A stretch of 64,000 nt of DNA, from contig NC_043009.1 of the NCBI RefSeq assembly GCF_006345805.1, forward strand, positions 33,418,001 to 33,482,000. The letters run 5' to 3'. A program made the position numbers and the translations under genes. Below are positions 1 to 12,405 of this stretch, piece by piece. Below the pieces are notes generated by a model that saw only the letters and a program-made list of their open reading frames with translations, ran no database searches and was not told the DNA's origin. The DNA is from Octopus sinensis. Taxonomy: Eukaryota. Positions within the stretch are counted from its first letter, which is position 1. Every line of letters begins with the position of its first letter.

Positions 1-335
1 CTGCTTCAGAAAATAAAAACACAATTTTTTCGTTGATAGTTCAGAAAAAGTAGGTAATTTCTATAATCTTTTGTTTATCGAACTAGAAATATTGTTAGGT
101 TCTGCAAATTATTGCAGACTTCCAACATGTTCTTACTTTCAAAATAATGTCCAATATATAGGAAAAAAATCACATATTCTTTTGCCAATCTGATTCACTT
201 ATCAATTTTTCGTTTATTATCTTTGGATACTATTTATGAAGTATTACGTTCTGTATATCCACCATATTTGTAAAAAGAAAAAAATGGCTGTGTTCAGCAG
301 ATGTCTCCGTATATTTCTTTAAACTATGAACTTAC

Positions 336-564
336 ATCTAGAAATTCTCCCAGATTCACATTGGCCTTGGTTAGGTGTATCGTTTATAGAAAACTTGACT
401 TTTCCCACGTATCCACAGTGTGCCATCTCTCTGCCACTGAAACTATCTAAGAGATAATAAGGACTGGTACAGCCTGACAGTGGGGTCTTCAGAAACTTTG
501 CTGTCCAAACCAAAGAATTTTGGCATGAGACATCTGGTTCTAACAGTTCTACCAAACCACTAGC
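336..564 (-). CDS. Internal coding exon (229 nt, phase 0 to phase 1) of an unidentified protein: ASGLVELLEPDVSCQNSLVWTAKFLKTPLSGCTSPYYLLDSFSGREMAHCGYVGKVKFSINDTPNQGQCESGRISR
   Basis: Minus-strand acceptor tacccttccag|GCT and donor AGAT|gtaagt bound a non-repetitive stretch open in only one frame. No protein family recognised. Confidence 0.7.
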
Positions 565-694
565 CTGGAAGGGTACTTTATATCCTTAAATATCGACTTC
601 AAAACAAGAGAAAGTCAAATACCATTTTTTTTTCTATCCGACGTTCTGGTAAGTCTTCTAATTCACTTGTGCCCAAGTAACGTAGTATGTATGT

Positions 695-869
695 TAGCAC
701 ACTGGACAAAATGCTCAGCAGCATTTCGTCCGTATTTATGTCCTGTGTTCAAGTTCCCCCGAAGTTAACTTTACCCGTTACTCTTTCGAGGTACCTGTGG
801 AGCACTGGGGTCAATGTAATCGACTTGGCCCCCCTTAAAATTTCTGGCCTTGATCCAAGATTTGAAACT
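695..869 (+). mobile_element. Degenerate SINE of the same family
   Basis: ctggggtcaatgtaatcgac..ggccttgatccaagatttgaaac. Confidence 0.75.
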
Positions 870-878
870 AATACATAC

Positions 879-909
<31 letters not shown>

Positions 910-1120
910 AAGTTAATCCAAACAAGAAAGCACAAAAAAACACAACAACGCGAGGACGTGGAACAAATATAGTACTATTGGACGCTCAGGAAAGAAGGAA
1001 AGAAGGAGGGTTTAACGCTTCGAGCGGAGCTCTTCGTCGGAAACATAGGAGAAGGAAAGATCCAGAGAAGGGAAGACAGAGGAAAAAAATCGCCAACGGT
1101 ACACACGAGGTCGCATTTTG
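910..1120 (-). mobile_element. Penelope-like-derived dispersed repeat carrying a mutated minimal HHR at 1010-1044
   Basis: Reverse complement of 32822-33013; motif GTTT-CCGACGA-A-GAGC-TCC-GCTC-GAAG-CGTT-AAAC; abuts (TA)n. Confidence 0.65.
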
Positions 1121-1202
1121 AAAGATATATATATATATGACAACAAAAGAATGAATGAGACCCGATATTATGTAAAATAGAGGAATTTATCTATGAATAT
1201 AG

Positions 1203-1359
1203 TATGTGACAATTAGTTAGTTGTCATAAAAAAACTTGGAGTTTCGGATGCCAGGGCTGAAGTCTGCTCCAGCATCTTATCATAAGATGCGCGAGCAGAT
1301 TTCAGCCCCGGTATCCGAAACTCTGAGTTTTATTATGATAACCAACTAATTGTCACATA
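1203..1359. repeat. Fold-back palindrome centred at 1281 with a degenerate HHR in each arm
   Basis: tatgtgacaattag..gcatcttat-c-ataagatgc..ctaattgtcacata; arms carry a stem-II-like helix followed by CGAAACTCTGAGTT. Confidence 0.75.
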
Positions 1360-1546
1360 TTTTATATATATATATATATATAGGGTTAAACAACAAGTTG
1401 CTTAGCCACATACCGAAAATTTAGAAATAGCAGTCAAAGATCGCTTATTCCTATTTTCTACAAATATAGCTCTACATATAACATTTACTTGCAATTCACA
1501 TATGCAAAAAGAAGGGAAAATAACAAAATCAAACAGTCTTCGGTTT

Positions 1547-1605
1547 GTTGTGGACGCGTTTCTGGGTTAGAATTATAAAGAACTCATTCCTGTCTTCAGC
1601 ACAAC
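1547..1605 (-). ncRNA. Type I hammerhead ribozyme with irregular stem II
   Basis: GTTGTG-CTGAAGA-(CAGGAA TGAGTT..AACCCA)-GAAA-CGCG-TC^CACAAC; perfect 6-bp stem I, palindromic stem III ACGCGT. Confidence 0.6.
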
Positions 1606-1712
1606 AGTCTATTAAGTTATAGATTTGCAAATGCTATTTACCTACCTTTTGCATCTCGATCCCGCTGGAGAGAGAGAAAGAGAAAGACAGAAAGAGTTTA
1701 AAACTAGATATT

Positions 1713-2132
1713 TATTTCTTTATTGCCCACAGGGGGCTAAACATAGAGGGCACAAATAAGGACAGACAAAGGGATTAAGTCGATTACATCGACCCCAGTG
1801 CGTAACTGGTACTATTTAAACGACCCCGAAAGGATGTTAGGCAAAGTCGACCTTGGCGGAATTTGAACTCAGAACGTAACAGCAGACGAAATACCTGTTT
1901 CACTATTACCTACCCACAAGGGGCTAAACATAGAGGGGTCAAACAATTACAGACAAACGGATTAAGTCGATTACATCGACCCCAGTGCGTAATTGGTACT
2001 TAATTTATCGACCCCGAAAGGATGAAAGGCAAAGTCGACCACGGCGGAATTTGAACTCAGAACGTAACGGCAGACAAAATATCGGTAATCCTTTCGCCTG
2101 GCGTCCTAATGATTCTGCCAGCTCACCGCCCT
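1713..2132 (-). mobile_element. Dimeric tRNA-derived SINE (Meta-domain-like core) with 17-bp target site duplication
   Basis: Two bodies joined at gaaatacc (about 1895); gtttaaaactagatatt at 1696-1712 and 2133-2149. Confidence 0.9.
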
Positions 2133-2410
2133 GTTTAAAACTAGATATTGAATATTCAATGATAGACAAGGTAGTAGACGTGATAGTGTAGAAATAAGGT
2201 GGGGGAGAAGGAGGAGGAAGAGAAGAAGTAGAAGAGGCGGAGGCAGAGAAGGAGGAGGAGAGCGACGACGACGAGAACAACAACAATAATAGCAACAGCA
2301 AAGCGAGCGGAGAAGAGGGAAAAGAACAGGGAGAAAAAAACAAAGAAGAAAGAAGAAGAAGAGAAGGAAAAGAACAAGAACTATACCATAGTGGAAGAAG
2401 TTAGCAAAGC

Positions 2411-2538
2411 AGAAGAAGAAGAAGAAGAAGAAGAAGAAGAAGAAGAAGAAGAAGAAGAAGAAAAAGAAGAAGAAGAAGAAGAAGAAGAAGAAGAAGAAGA
2501 AGAAGAAGAAGAAGAAGAAGAAGAAGAAGAAGAAGAAG
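2411..2538. repeat. (AAG)n microsatellite
   Basis: Direct reading. Confidence 0.97.
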
Positions 2539-3452
2539 GCAATGGATATTTTAGTTGTATCATGACGCTAAAACAAACCATCATTATATTTGTAGAAACA
2601 TCGGAGCATTAGAAAGGTTTCGTTGCAGTATTTACCCTGGCTCCCAGTTCTCTGGGTTCAATTCCTGTCGAAGTAGATTTCATCTTTCGTTGGTTTTGTT
2701 TTTTTTGGTTTTTTTATTATTATCTTGGTCTATTAAATAAGATATCAGTCAAACATCAGCTACGTTTATGTTCTCCCTTCAGTTTCTCTCCCTTTCTCCC
2801 TTTCTCTTTCTCTCTTCCTGTGACAGAATATAAAATACCAGAACACATTGAACCTATCCGACGCTCTACCGATCCCGTTAATTCGCCATCCTACAAGTTC
2901 ACTATGACAACATAAATATACCAAGCAACACAAGCAAATTCGTAAATTAGCAATTTTTCTCTAATCCATATTTGATACTTGATGTTGTTGATGTTGTTGT
3001 TTAACTGCAGATTAAGTCCTATTGAGCAGTCCTATAATCAAAAGCATTCCAGCCATGACCATCTCACCTTTTTAGTGGTTTGTAATGTGCCAGAGAACGT
3101 ATCTAATATTTATTAAGCAACAGATTGTGTTACGACGATTGGAACTGATGCGTCCACACATTGTATCCAAGAACAGAAAATGGGTGAACAGCTGCATATT
3201 CGTTTCGACTTTTGTTCGAATCATTGCCAGCAACAGGGTACCTTCCTGAACTATCCACGGACACATTGCGTATAAATCATTATTGTTAACACGTTTGCAT
3301 TTTAATGCTCGATCTAGCTGCCTGAAAAAGTATTAAATATGCAAACTGGTCTCTTACATATGTAAATTGGTCTATTTTTGTCTTTAACAGTTAAAAGGAG
3401 TGAGTTTATAAATATTGTCTGTGGATAGTTGAGGACGGTACACAGTTGCTGA

Positions 3453-3666
3453 ATCGTTAACAGGCCGGGCAAATTGCGTAGCCGTATTTCGTCTGCCTCT
3501 ATGTTCTGAGTTCAAATTCCGCCGAGGTCGACTTTGCCTTTCATCCTTTCGGGGTCGATTAAATAAGTACCAGTTACGCTCTGGGGTCGATGTAATCGAC
3601 TTAATCCGTTTGTCTGTCCTTGTTTGTCCCCTATGTGTTTAGCCCCTTGTGGGTAGTAAAGAAATA
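3453..3666 (+). mobile_element. SINE truncated at the 5-prime end, with 16-bp TSD
   Basis: ggtacacagttgctga at 3437-3452 and 3667-3682. Confidence 0.9.
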
Positions 3667-3879
3667 GGTACACAGTTGCTGACTCCAATCCCAACAAGTG
3701 TTGAAACGTATGTACAGTTGCCCCATGTTTTTCCCGTTAACAAACTTACTGTATGGAAAAATTGTTTACAACCATCCTAATACAATTTTCGCAACTAAAT
3801 CTATAGATATGCTCTACAGTACATTAGAGGAACACTGTCAGCACCCCAGTAATACAAGATGTATTTATATTATTTACAT

Positions 3880-4085
3880 TTGATCTTGAGCTGCTATGAT
3901 AAGCCCTTCTGTTTCAGATTTTAAGCCAGAGACCATTAGCCATTGATGGGTCAGGGCTTTGTCAACATCTGCATTATTCGCTCTCCTTGGGTATTTGCCA
4001 TAGAGAGGTTTTTCTTGCCATTTATCATTCAGAATATCTAAGGCGGCAGTTTTAGCACGGGTTTTCATGCGTTTAGCTTTTTCCG
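3880..4085 (-). mobile_element. R4/Dong-like (RLE-type) non-LTR retrotransposon fragment
   Basis: KWQEKPLYGKY..THQWL..GLKSETEGLIIAAQDQ, the segment preceding the CCHC knuckle in this clade. Confidence 0.8.
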
Positions 4086-4290
4086 TGCTTGTTTCTTGTA
4101 TGTCTAATTTCGTATTATTATTATTATTATTAATATTATTATTATTATTATATTATTATTATTATTATTATTATCATTATTATTATTATTATTATTTTAT
4201 TATTAGTATTAGTATTATTATCATTATCATTATTATTATGATTATTATTATTATTATTATTATTTATTATTATTATATTATTATTATCAT

Positions 4291-4356
4291 TCAGGTCACT
4301 GCCTGGAATCAAACTCAGAATCTTGGGGTTAGTAGCCCGTGCTCTTAACCACTACG
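4291..4356 (-). mobile_element. Short tRNA-like retroposon followed by an (AAT)n tail
   Basis: cgtagtggttaagagcacgggctactaacccc..gagtttgattccaggcagtgacctga, then (AAT)n. Confidence 0.65.
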
Positions 4357-4384
4357 TGGGCAATTATGGAGTGAAGTTTAGGGC

Positions 4385-4580
4385 TTATAAATCTAATATT
4401 TTCCTATCCTTCCTTAATACCGGTTCCCATATGCTGCTCATATCTGCACTCGGTCTGCTTAGGAGGTTGTTGTGTTCCAGCATATGTGCTGATTCTTTTA
4501 GTTTTCGTATTTTCCAGTGGTGTTCTCTTTCTATTATTTTAACTTCATCCAACAGGTGGAGGTGGTCTCCAATATTCGTC
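4385..4580 (-). mobile_element. Penelope-like element, GIY-YIG C-terminal fragment
   Basis: HLHLLDEVKIIEREHHWKIRKLKESAHM matches the H..W..I+..E....R..KE pattern of PLE endonucleases. Confidence 0.65.
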
Positions 4581-6171
4581 AAATGTAAATAATATACATA
4601 ATTCCTCATCTCTTAGATACAGAACTGTATTATACAAGATCTAATTGTGTTTTACTTTTTTAATATTGTACGGGAGGGATTTTAAAGTATTTTAGTGGGT
4701 GGTGGGAAGGAATATTGGGTGACAAAAAGGCCTTGAAAAATTCTCATACTCAACAAAGAGAAAAATGAGGACGTTAATTCTTTATTACAAAAAAAAATTG
4801 GTCACAGAACAAGGAATAAAGCTTCGTATGTGCTTTTTTTCCCTGTAGAAATACAACAATCATAGAATAAAACACCTACAAGAGATGCTCCTTCTGGGAA
4901 CAAGATTTTTTGACCTTGAAAACAAACAGACTAACACAGGAAGAAATGCATTCAATCACCCGAAACAACTGATAAAATAAACAAATATTTCACATATTGA
5001 CATTTTCTAAGAATGAGAAAAAATGGTATATAACCAAGAAAATGGTAATTCTAAAGCAAGAACTATGCTGCTCTTTTTTTTTTTACTTTGATGTTGAATC
5101 TAAACAAACATACGTGTTTTCTTAGAAGCCGTGCTTGGTTCATGAGCAATAGCTGAAGGCTGCATCGTTGCATCTGAAAGCGGTTTTTAGAAAATAGTTG
5201 ATGAATAACAACAGACTTAGATCAAAGAGAACAACATGAATTAATTAAAACATGGCAGTGTTTTTATTTGCGTGTGTGTGTGTGTATTTGTATGTGTGTG
5301 TGTGTGTATGTGTGTGTGTGTGAATTCTGTCAGAATGGATCCTAATCAAAGAATTTTACAACAACTGCAAGGATGGAAGTAGCTCTCAGAATAATTTTGT
5401 GAACATCTTCAATGCTCATGGATTCTTTTGCTGGTTTTTTGGTATTGCCACCAGCAATAGATTTGTCTCGTACATGGCAAAGCAGATAGAGACTTCAAGA
5501 AGTCTGCGCAGCAAATTGCCAAAGAAACAAATTTTGGAGAAGATATTTAAAAAAAAAAGGATGAAAACAAAATATACTTAAACCAGCAAAACACGAGAAG
5601 TTATTTAAAATAGATTTGGGGAAATAAAAGAACCAGTCAGGAGAAAGTAAAAAAAAAAAAGACGATAAAATAATACTTTTTATTTATTTTAGGTCGTTTT
5701 TATTTTATATTTTCTAGAGCCCAAATTAAGAAGAGAAATGTCTCTGCGATGAGCAAAATACAAATGTAAAATAAGCGACAAACCATTTTCTTCAACAGAA
5801 ATACATTCTAAACATGTTGCTAAAGATCACTGTCAAAATTGTTTGTATTCTTATATTACTTATTGTTGCTATTAACAGCTGCTGCTACTGCTACTACTAC
5901 TACTTCTAGCACTAGTATTATTATTATCATCATCATTATTATTATTGTTATCGCTATGTTGTTGCTGTTGTTGTCGTTGTTGTTGTTCTTTCTCTTATTT
6001 CACAGAACTGGTATTGTACCCGGTTTAATTATGCATCTTATTCAACTCGTGGTCTAAGATGGAATATTTTGTGTCTTCTATTGAAAACGTTTTTTTTTTT
6101 TGTTTTTTCGTTTTGATCTTCTTGTCTTTTACCTCTTCTTACTTTGTATTGGGGACTTTGTGAACGATCGT

Positions 6172-6187
6172 TAACATTATTATTACC

Positions 6188-6255
<68 letters not shown>

Positions 6256-6291
6256 CATCATTATTATTATTATTTTATTATTATTATTATA

Positions 6292-6368
<77 letters not shown>

Positions 6369-6410
6369 TTATTATATTATTATTATTATTATTATATATT
6401 ATTATTATTA

Positions 6411-6441
<31 letters not shown>

Positions 6442-6464
6442 TATTATTATTATTATTATTATTA

Positions 6465-6508
<44 letters not shown>
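6172..6508. repeat. (ATT)n microsatellite
   Basis: Direct reading. Confidence 0.97.
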
Positions 6509-6509
<1 letters not shown>

Positions 6510-6510
<1 letters not shown>

Positions 6511-6597
6511 TTCATCACATTTTTCCAGTTGGTATAAGATGAACAATTTGATTGTGATTCTTGATTCTGTAGATTTGGTGTAGTTTTTAATTGCCTC
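6510..6597 (-). CDS. Candidate coding exon (88 nt, phase 2 to phase 0): [29 protein letters not shown]
   Basis: Acceptor caattcatag|G and donor AAG|gtaata; end phase matches the 336-564 exon. Confidence 0.45.
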
Positions 6598-8831
6598 CTA
6601 TGAATTGTAATAAAGTCTGCTACTGCGGTATTTTAATGTTATTTAAGAAGAGATAAATTGTTCTTTATTACCAAAAGCTCGTTTATTCTCTAGAATACAT
6701 TATAACAGACAGAGATATTATGAAGTCTGTGTTAAAAATAATAAATACATTACAACTTGAGGTTTGAGATACTAAAATATTAAAACATTCCAAAAGTAAA
6801 TAAAAGGGAAAACTTTCAGAAAAACTTTCCAAAGCTTAAGCAATTTTATCTTTAACTTTGTATAGTTCATTTACAAATGAAGAAAATCCAAGTTTACATG
6901 TAATATAGGTGACCATGCTGAAGTCAATTATAAATAGACATACACTGGTGCCAAAGATATGATTATAGTTTTTAAATTGTCGAAGTTGATGAGAAACTAA
7001 TATCATTCCGAAGTTTTTTCAGTTCTTAACCAACTTCGTCACAGAAATTAATCAGACTTGAAGACTTCTAATTCCATAATTTGACAATTTCTGTTTAAAA
7101 CTATAATTTGATTTCTCTACATTGCTCTCAAAAGGAATATTGTTATTTAGCTAACTGTAAATTAATATCTTTAGAAACATTGGGACTGCATTTACTTTAT
7201 ACACGTTGTTGTGAAAAATATTTGAAAACGAGATGGTGGTGCTGTTGCCCCAGAAAGCTGTTTCACTGTTCACATCATGGTTTCATATTTACAAAGCTGT
7301 TATCACCTACTCACTGAATATCTTCAAGTGAAGTGTATTGTCATTGCATTTGTTGATGAAGTAAAAGTATGATGATAAATATTCCAACAATAAACATCCC
7401 TTGGTCACAACCACAATTTCTTTGATAACTCTTTTGACATTGCAAAGTCAAATTAAAACATCACGCAGAAGATTTTATGCGAAATAAGCCTTGAGGTAAA
7501 ATAAAGAAAATAGAGGATCGTAACGTAACGTTGAGGAGAGCTTCCAACATATTTTGAAGTGAATTTACTCTGAATGCAAAGATGTTGGTAGCGGTGTGTT
7601 AGAAAGACAACCTAATTAAGGAAAGAAATCATTAGAAATTTTAATTAATTACATTCGGAGAAATTTGAATTAATTACATTCGAATCGGTTCACTCTGACC
7701 TTATCTTTGGACAAACAATGGTGTCCGACCAACAAACTTACTCTGTTTATTTGCATATGTCTTCATCATATCAACCCAATTATTTCCACTTTCACGGTAA
7801 GCGGGTAATTATAAAGCGAAGAAATCCCCTGACCATAATCGTTTAATTCTCCTTAACTTTCGCCATAACAATGTTTCGAAGCTTTATATACTCAGACCGA
7901 CATCGCCAGGATTATTTTTAACTTTTATGTCCAATATTTCCAGCTTCATATGACATCAATAATTTATAATATCTTGTTACAGTCCATCCTTTCCCCCTCG
8001 CCAGTAGGTACTCTTTCAACCCCCCCCCCACTGACAACAATAAATGCACTTTTAAGAGCCTCCTCTGAGGATTTTTCGTTTTTGCATGTGCTCTTTTTCA
8101 CGATGTTTTATCTCCCTTTGGAAACTTCAAAAGAGTCATCTTTTTCTAATGATATTCCGTAGAATAGAAATAATTTGCATATCGTACAGAGATAAATATG
8201 AAAAATTATTTTAATGCTGCGTTAGATGATTCATTGAACATTTTATTGGACGAGGTCTTTGTCCTTTAAATAGAATTATCTGGATATGTGCATGATTATG
8301 CATGTATGTGTGTTTGGGGTTAGCAGAGAGAGCGAGAGATATTAATAAAGAAGTGATCCAAGGGGGATGGAGAATTAGCAAGTAATACAGCGGTGCAAAA
8401 GTAGGAGTGTATCCGTTAACAGCTGGCCTGGTGCAATCCCATCGTTACTCAAGCAACGAGATCAGAGCAACAATTACAGACCGAAATACAAATGGTGACA
8501 GAAGAAGGTTTGAGTATATTTAACAGGGACAGGTTTTATGCTTCTCCATGGATAATATCGATCAGTGATTAGGGGGCAGCACAATAGAGAGATGACATGG
8601 TACTGAATACGTAAAAAAAATTGTTAAAAATGATTGAAAAAACCAAATACGTGTACACCTTTATGTGTGAATGTATGTTGGCGTCTGTCTACACACACAC
8701 ACACACACATACAAGCACACATGCATATATAATTTAGGGTATCTAAGAGATACTGTATTACTTAATGTGGTTTGGGAGTCAGATTTTGGCTGCTATTTCC
8801 AGCGTGGCGGTATCTCTTAGATACCCTAAAT

Positions 8832-8876
<45 letters not shown>

Positions 8877-8926
8877 TGCACGCATTTTTTTCTCTCCTTC
8901 TTTCTGTGTTTTTCTCTCTCTGTGTA

Positions 8927-8964
8927 TCTTTCTGTTGAAGAGCGTAGGCTCGAAACGTTAAAGA
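8927..8964 (+). ncRNA. Minimal hammerhead-like motif, A6U variant
   Basis: TCTTT-CTGTTGA-A-GAGC-GTAG-GCTC-GAAA-CG-TT^AAAGA, inside a dispersed repeat spanning about 8875-9063. Confidence 0.55.
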
Positions 8965-9061
8965 CTTGTTTTATTTATATTTCCTGAGCGCCATACTAAT
9001 ACAATTGTTCGTTTGTTTTCCACCTGCCTTCGTCTTTTGTTTATTTTCATAAAGCTTCCCG

Positions 9062-9097
<36 letters not shown>

Positions 9098-9403
9098 GCA
9101 TATACATATACGCATAAAACGTGCGTACGTGCATATATACATATATACATACACACACATATATATGCATACATACATACATACATACATACATACATAC
9201 ATACATACATACGTTCATACATACATACACGCATACATACGTTCATACATTCATGCATACATATGAATTATGTTGTACGAATGTATGAAATAATATACCC
9301 CACTATATAAAGTCCAGTATTTGTAATATACATATTTTATATCTAAAGTATGCATATGTGAGTGGGTATATGTGTGTGTGTGTGAGTGCGTGTGTGTGTG
9401 TGA

Positions 9404-9447
<44 letters not shown>

Positions 9448-9614
9448 TAAGGGATATCCTGTTCTGAGAGCTATTATTATTCCTGTCATAATTTCCAGCT
9501 GCATTTTGAAATTGTTCGCTATAATATCTTTGTTATTGCGTATTGTGTTAAAGAAAAGAAAACTATACAAGATCAATAAAACATTTACTTTAAACAGTAA
9601 TTTATTGATTGCTC

Positions 9615-9645
<31 letters not shown>

Positions 9646-9913
9646 TTAGGTTCGTGCAGGTTTGTGAGCAGGTGACACTTTGTGTGTAATCACATGCATA
9701 TTAATATAAAGATTTATATCTATGTATATTATATATATATATATAATATATATATATATATATAATATATATATATATATATTATATATTATATATATAT
9801 ATAATATATACATATATACATATATATGCATATTCACATATATATATATGCATATATATACAGTCACGTATTCACGTATTTACACATATGCATTTATATT
9901 CGTTATACTGTGT

Positions 9914-9951
<38 letters not shown>

Positions 9952-11038
9952 ACCCGTCACTCATACACACTAACACATATGCATATCCTACGCTATTACC
10001 TGTTGGGGCCCATCTTTGCTTCTGTTTCTTGACTTTTAATTTCCTTTCGCTTTTTCTCTTCAAGAATTTTTCATTTTCTTCATCTTTGCCTTTTAATATT
10101 TACTTTAGAAATTAAAAATATTTTAGATTTTCCACGTCGTATTTACATTATCTTCTTTATTTTTATTTATTTCCTTTTTTTGTTGTTCTTTTTATCATAC
10201 CTTTATTTTTATTATATGTTTATATGTTTATAACACATTTTCTTTATTCCTTCCCCCCACCCCACCCTTCATATTTGGCCATCTCCCATTATTCTCAAAC
10301 ATGAAATGCTGTTCATAGTATTTTTATGACATTTTGTAATGATCAGCTTGTCTAATCCAATTTCTAGCAGAAAGAATGCGATTATTATTAAAATTATATC
10401 TACCCGTTACTGTAGTAACCGTGCGGTTTTGTTGGCATAGTAAACTGCCATTTTGGGTTATTATTGTACGTTTCGAAGTCCAATAGCCATGATACCCACC
10501 ACCTTTCATTAAGTACTTTCATAACCAACACTGAATCAGCGTTTGTTAGAATCCTCCTGTTATAGTTTCAAGTCTAGCTACAGGAAATTCGTTTCAGCCT
10601 GAATGGAGCTAAGACCAATAAAATAGATACCAGTAATATACTGCCATTGCTTCTACCAGCGACTGGGGTTTTCCTACAAAATCGAGTTTTATCACAAGTC
10701 AATAAAAAAATGATTTTTTTTTCGGGTAATGAAATTTTTGTTGCTATTGTTATTGTTTTGTTCCTTAATCCTAGGCTAAAATGGACCGGCAATGAAAATA
10801 TCCCAACCATGACCATTTGGTCATCTTTACATATATAGTGTATCAAAGACTCATTATCCAAGGTCTTTCTAGTTTCTAAGATGGTTGATGTGATTTCAAC
10901 TTTACTACTATTTCTAGCAATGCAAATGACCACATAGAGGCGTTTTTATTGTCTTACAGCTATAGACGGTTGTACTTACTTAGTCAACTTCTCTGTGACT
11001 TTCACGGATGTGTTTCTTTGAGAAATTATTGTAACGTA

Positions 11039-11428
11039 GGCGCTGGAGTGGCTGTGTGGTAAGTAGCTTGCTAACCAACCACATGGTCCCGGGTTCAGTC
11101 CCACTGCGTGGCATCTTGGGCAAGTGTCTTCTGCTATAGTCCCGGGCCGACCAATGCCTTGTGAGTGGATTTGGTAGACGGAAACTGAAAGAAGCCTGTC
11201 GTATATATGTATATATATATATGTGTGTATGTGTGTGTGTTTGTCCCCCTAGCATTGCTTGACAACTGATACTGGTGTGTTTACGTCCCCGTCACTTAGC
11301 GGTTCGGCAAAAGAGACCGATAGAATAAGTACTGGGCTTACAAAGAATAAGTCCCGGGGTCGATTTGCTCGACTAAAGGCGGTGCTCCAGCATGGCCGCA
11401 GTCAAATGACTGAAACAAGTAAAAGAGT
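11039..11428 (+). mobile_element. Second SINE family: tRNA head, CORE-like cttgggcaagtgtctt, internal (TA)n(TG)n and a conserved 3-prime module
   Basis: A box gtggctgtgtggtaag, B box ggttcagtccc; the 3-prime module recurs at 36998-37190, 24492-24680 (minus) and 63950-64000. Confidence 0.85.
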
Positions 11429-11431
11429 AAG

Positions 11432-11820
11432 TATACATATCTCGCTCAACGATGTCAGGTTTGCTGCCCTTTATCTTTCTGTCAGTGCTGACGGGCATCT
11501 CCCAGAGGATAGTAACATTGTTACTGTCAGTGGCCATGTATGGCTAATGTTCAGACCACTTTTCAGCTGTCTTGACTTAACAATTTTCCAGTGTAAATAC
11601 GCTGCTGACTTGCTTTACCTGTAGATGTATTCCATGTTTGCTAGCTTTAAGCATTCAGAGACAAAGTTATCATCTTTCAACTTTCACAGTAGATGACGCC
11701 CTCCTCCATTCATTACACGTATTATAAGGAATTGTAATTTCATGGTCGTAGTGGGATAACTCCAGCCGTCAGTGAGAATTGAACTCTGGGTGTAAAGATG
11801 CATACCACATACTGTAAGAC
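11432..11820 (-). mobile_element. R4/Dong-like LINE fragment, RLE endonuclease region
   Basis: Frameshifted translation includes AEKWSEH..NVTILWEMPVSTDRKIKGSKPDIV. Confidence 0.8.
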
Positions 11821-12288
11821 AGTTTGATGTTCTAACAACTCCATAAATCAACCACCCAAGAATTGTACTTTATTTATCGATCCCAAATGGATGAAAGGTA
11901 AAACTGACTTCGGCAGAAGTTGAACACGGAACACAAAGTCAGAACAAAGACGAAATTCTGCCTAAAACTTCATAAGCTCTAACAACTCATCTGTATTTTT
12001 GTTCAAATATTTTTAAATTCTTCAAAAGCTCGTAAAAATTTCAGTTTATATTTTTATTTCTTACTTTTATATTTATAATTACATTTTCACAATTAATATA
12101 ATTACAATTTTCAGTGTATTTAATAAAGTTTTCTTTTATCTCCTCTTTATTATATTACATTTCATTCAACAGAGTCTTCGAATATAAAACGGTAACCCTC
12201 ACCTGATCTATAACATAAACAGTCTCGTCGTGGAATTAATTCTGTGAATTATCCACCATATTCTTGTCCACAGCACCGCTATACTTAC

Positions 12289-12405
12289 TGATAGGGGTCT
12301 AATCTTGGATTTAATAATTCCTGCCAGAGTTTGTTTCAATCTGCAGTTGCGATGCGGTGTGGGCGGCGTGGGGGAGACAGATCATGGTTACATAGGAAAT
12401 TCTTC
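12289..12405 (-). CDS. Candidate symmetric 117-nt exon (phase 2 to phase 2) with in-frame TGA: KNFLCNHDLSPPRRPHRIATAD*NKLWQELLNPRLDPY
   Basis: Acceptor ttgtattaacccacag|G and donor TCA|gtaagt; GC-richer than its flanks; phases fit the neighbouring candidate exons; TGA at 12336-12338. Confidence 0.3.

Noticed and set aside
1647-1665. 19-nt minus-strand micro-exon with strong splice signals
   Set aside because: Including it breaks the frame between the 6510 and 336 candidate exons; no other support.
4291-4356. tRNA gene (also the tRNA-like heads at 30790-30855, 21150-21220 and 11039-11110)
   Set aside because: Incomplete acceptor stems, with SINE bodies or microsatellite tails attached; these are retroposon heads.
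5330-5581. Plus-strand open frame faintly resembling a neuronal calcium sensor N-terminus
   Set aside because: No EF-hand loop and no donor site; the similarity is too weak.
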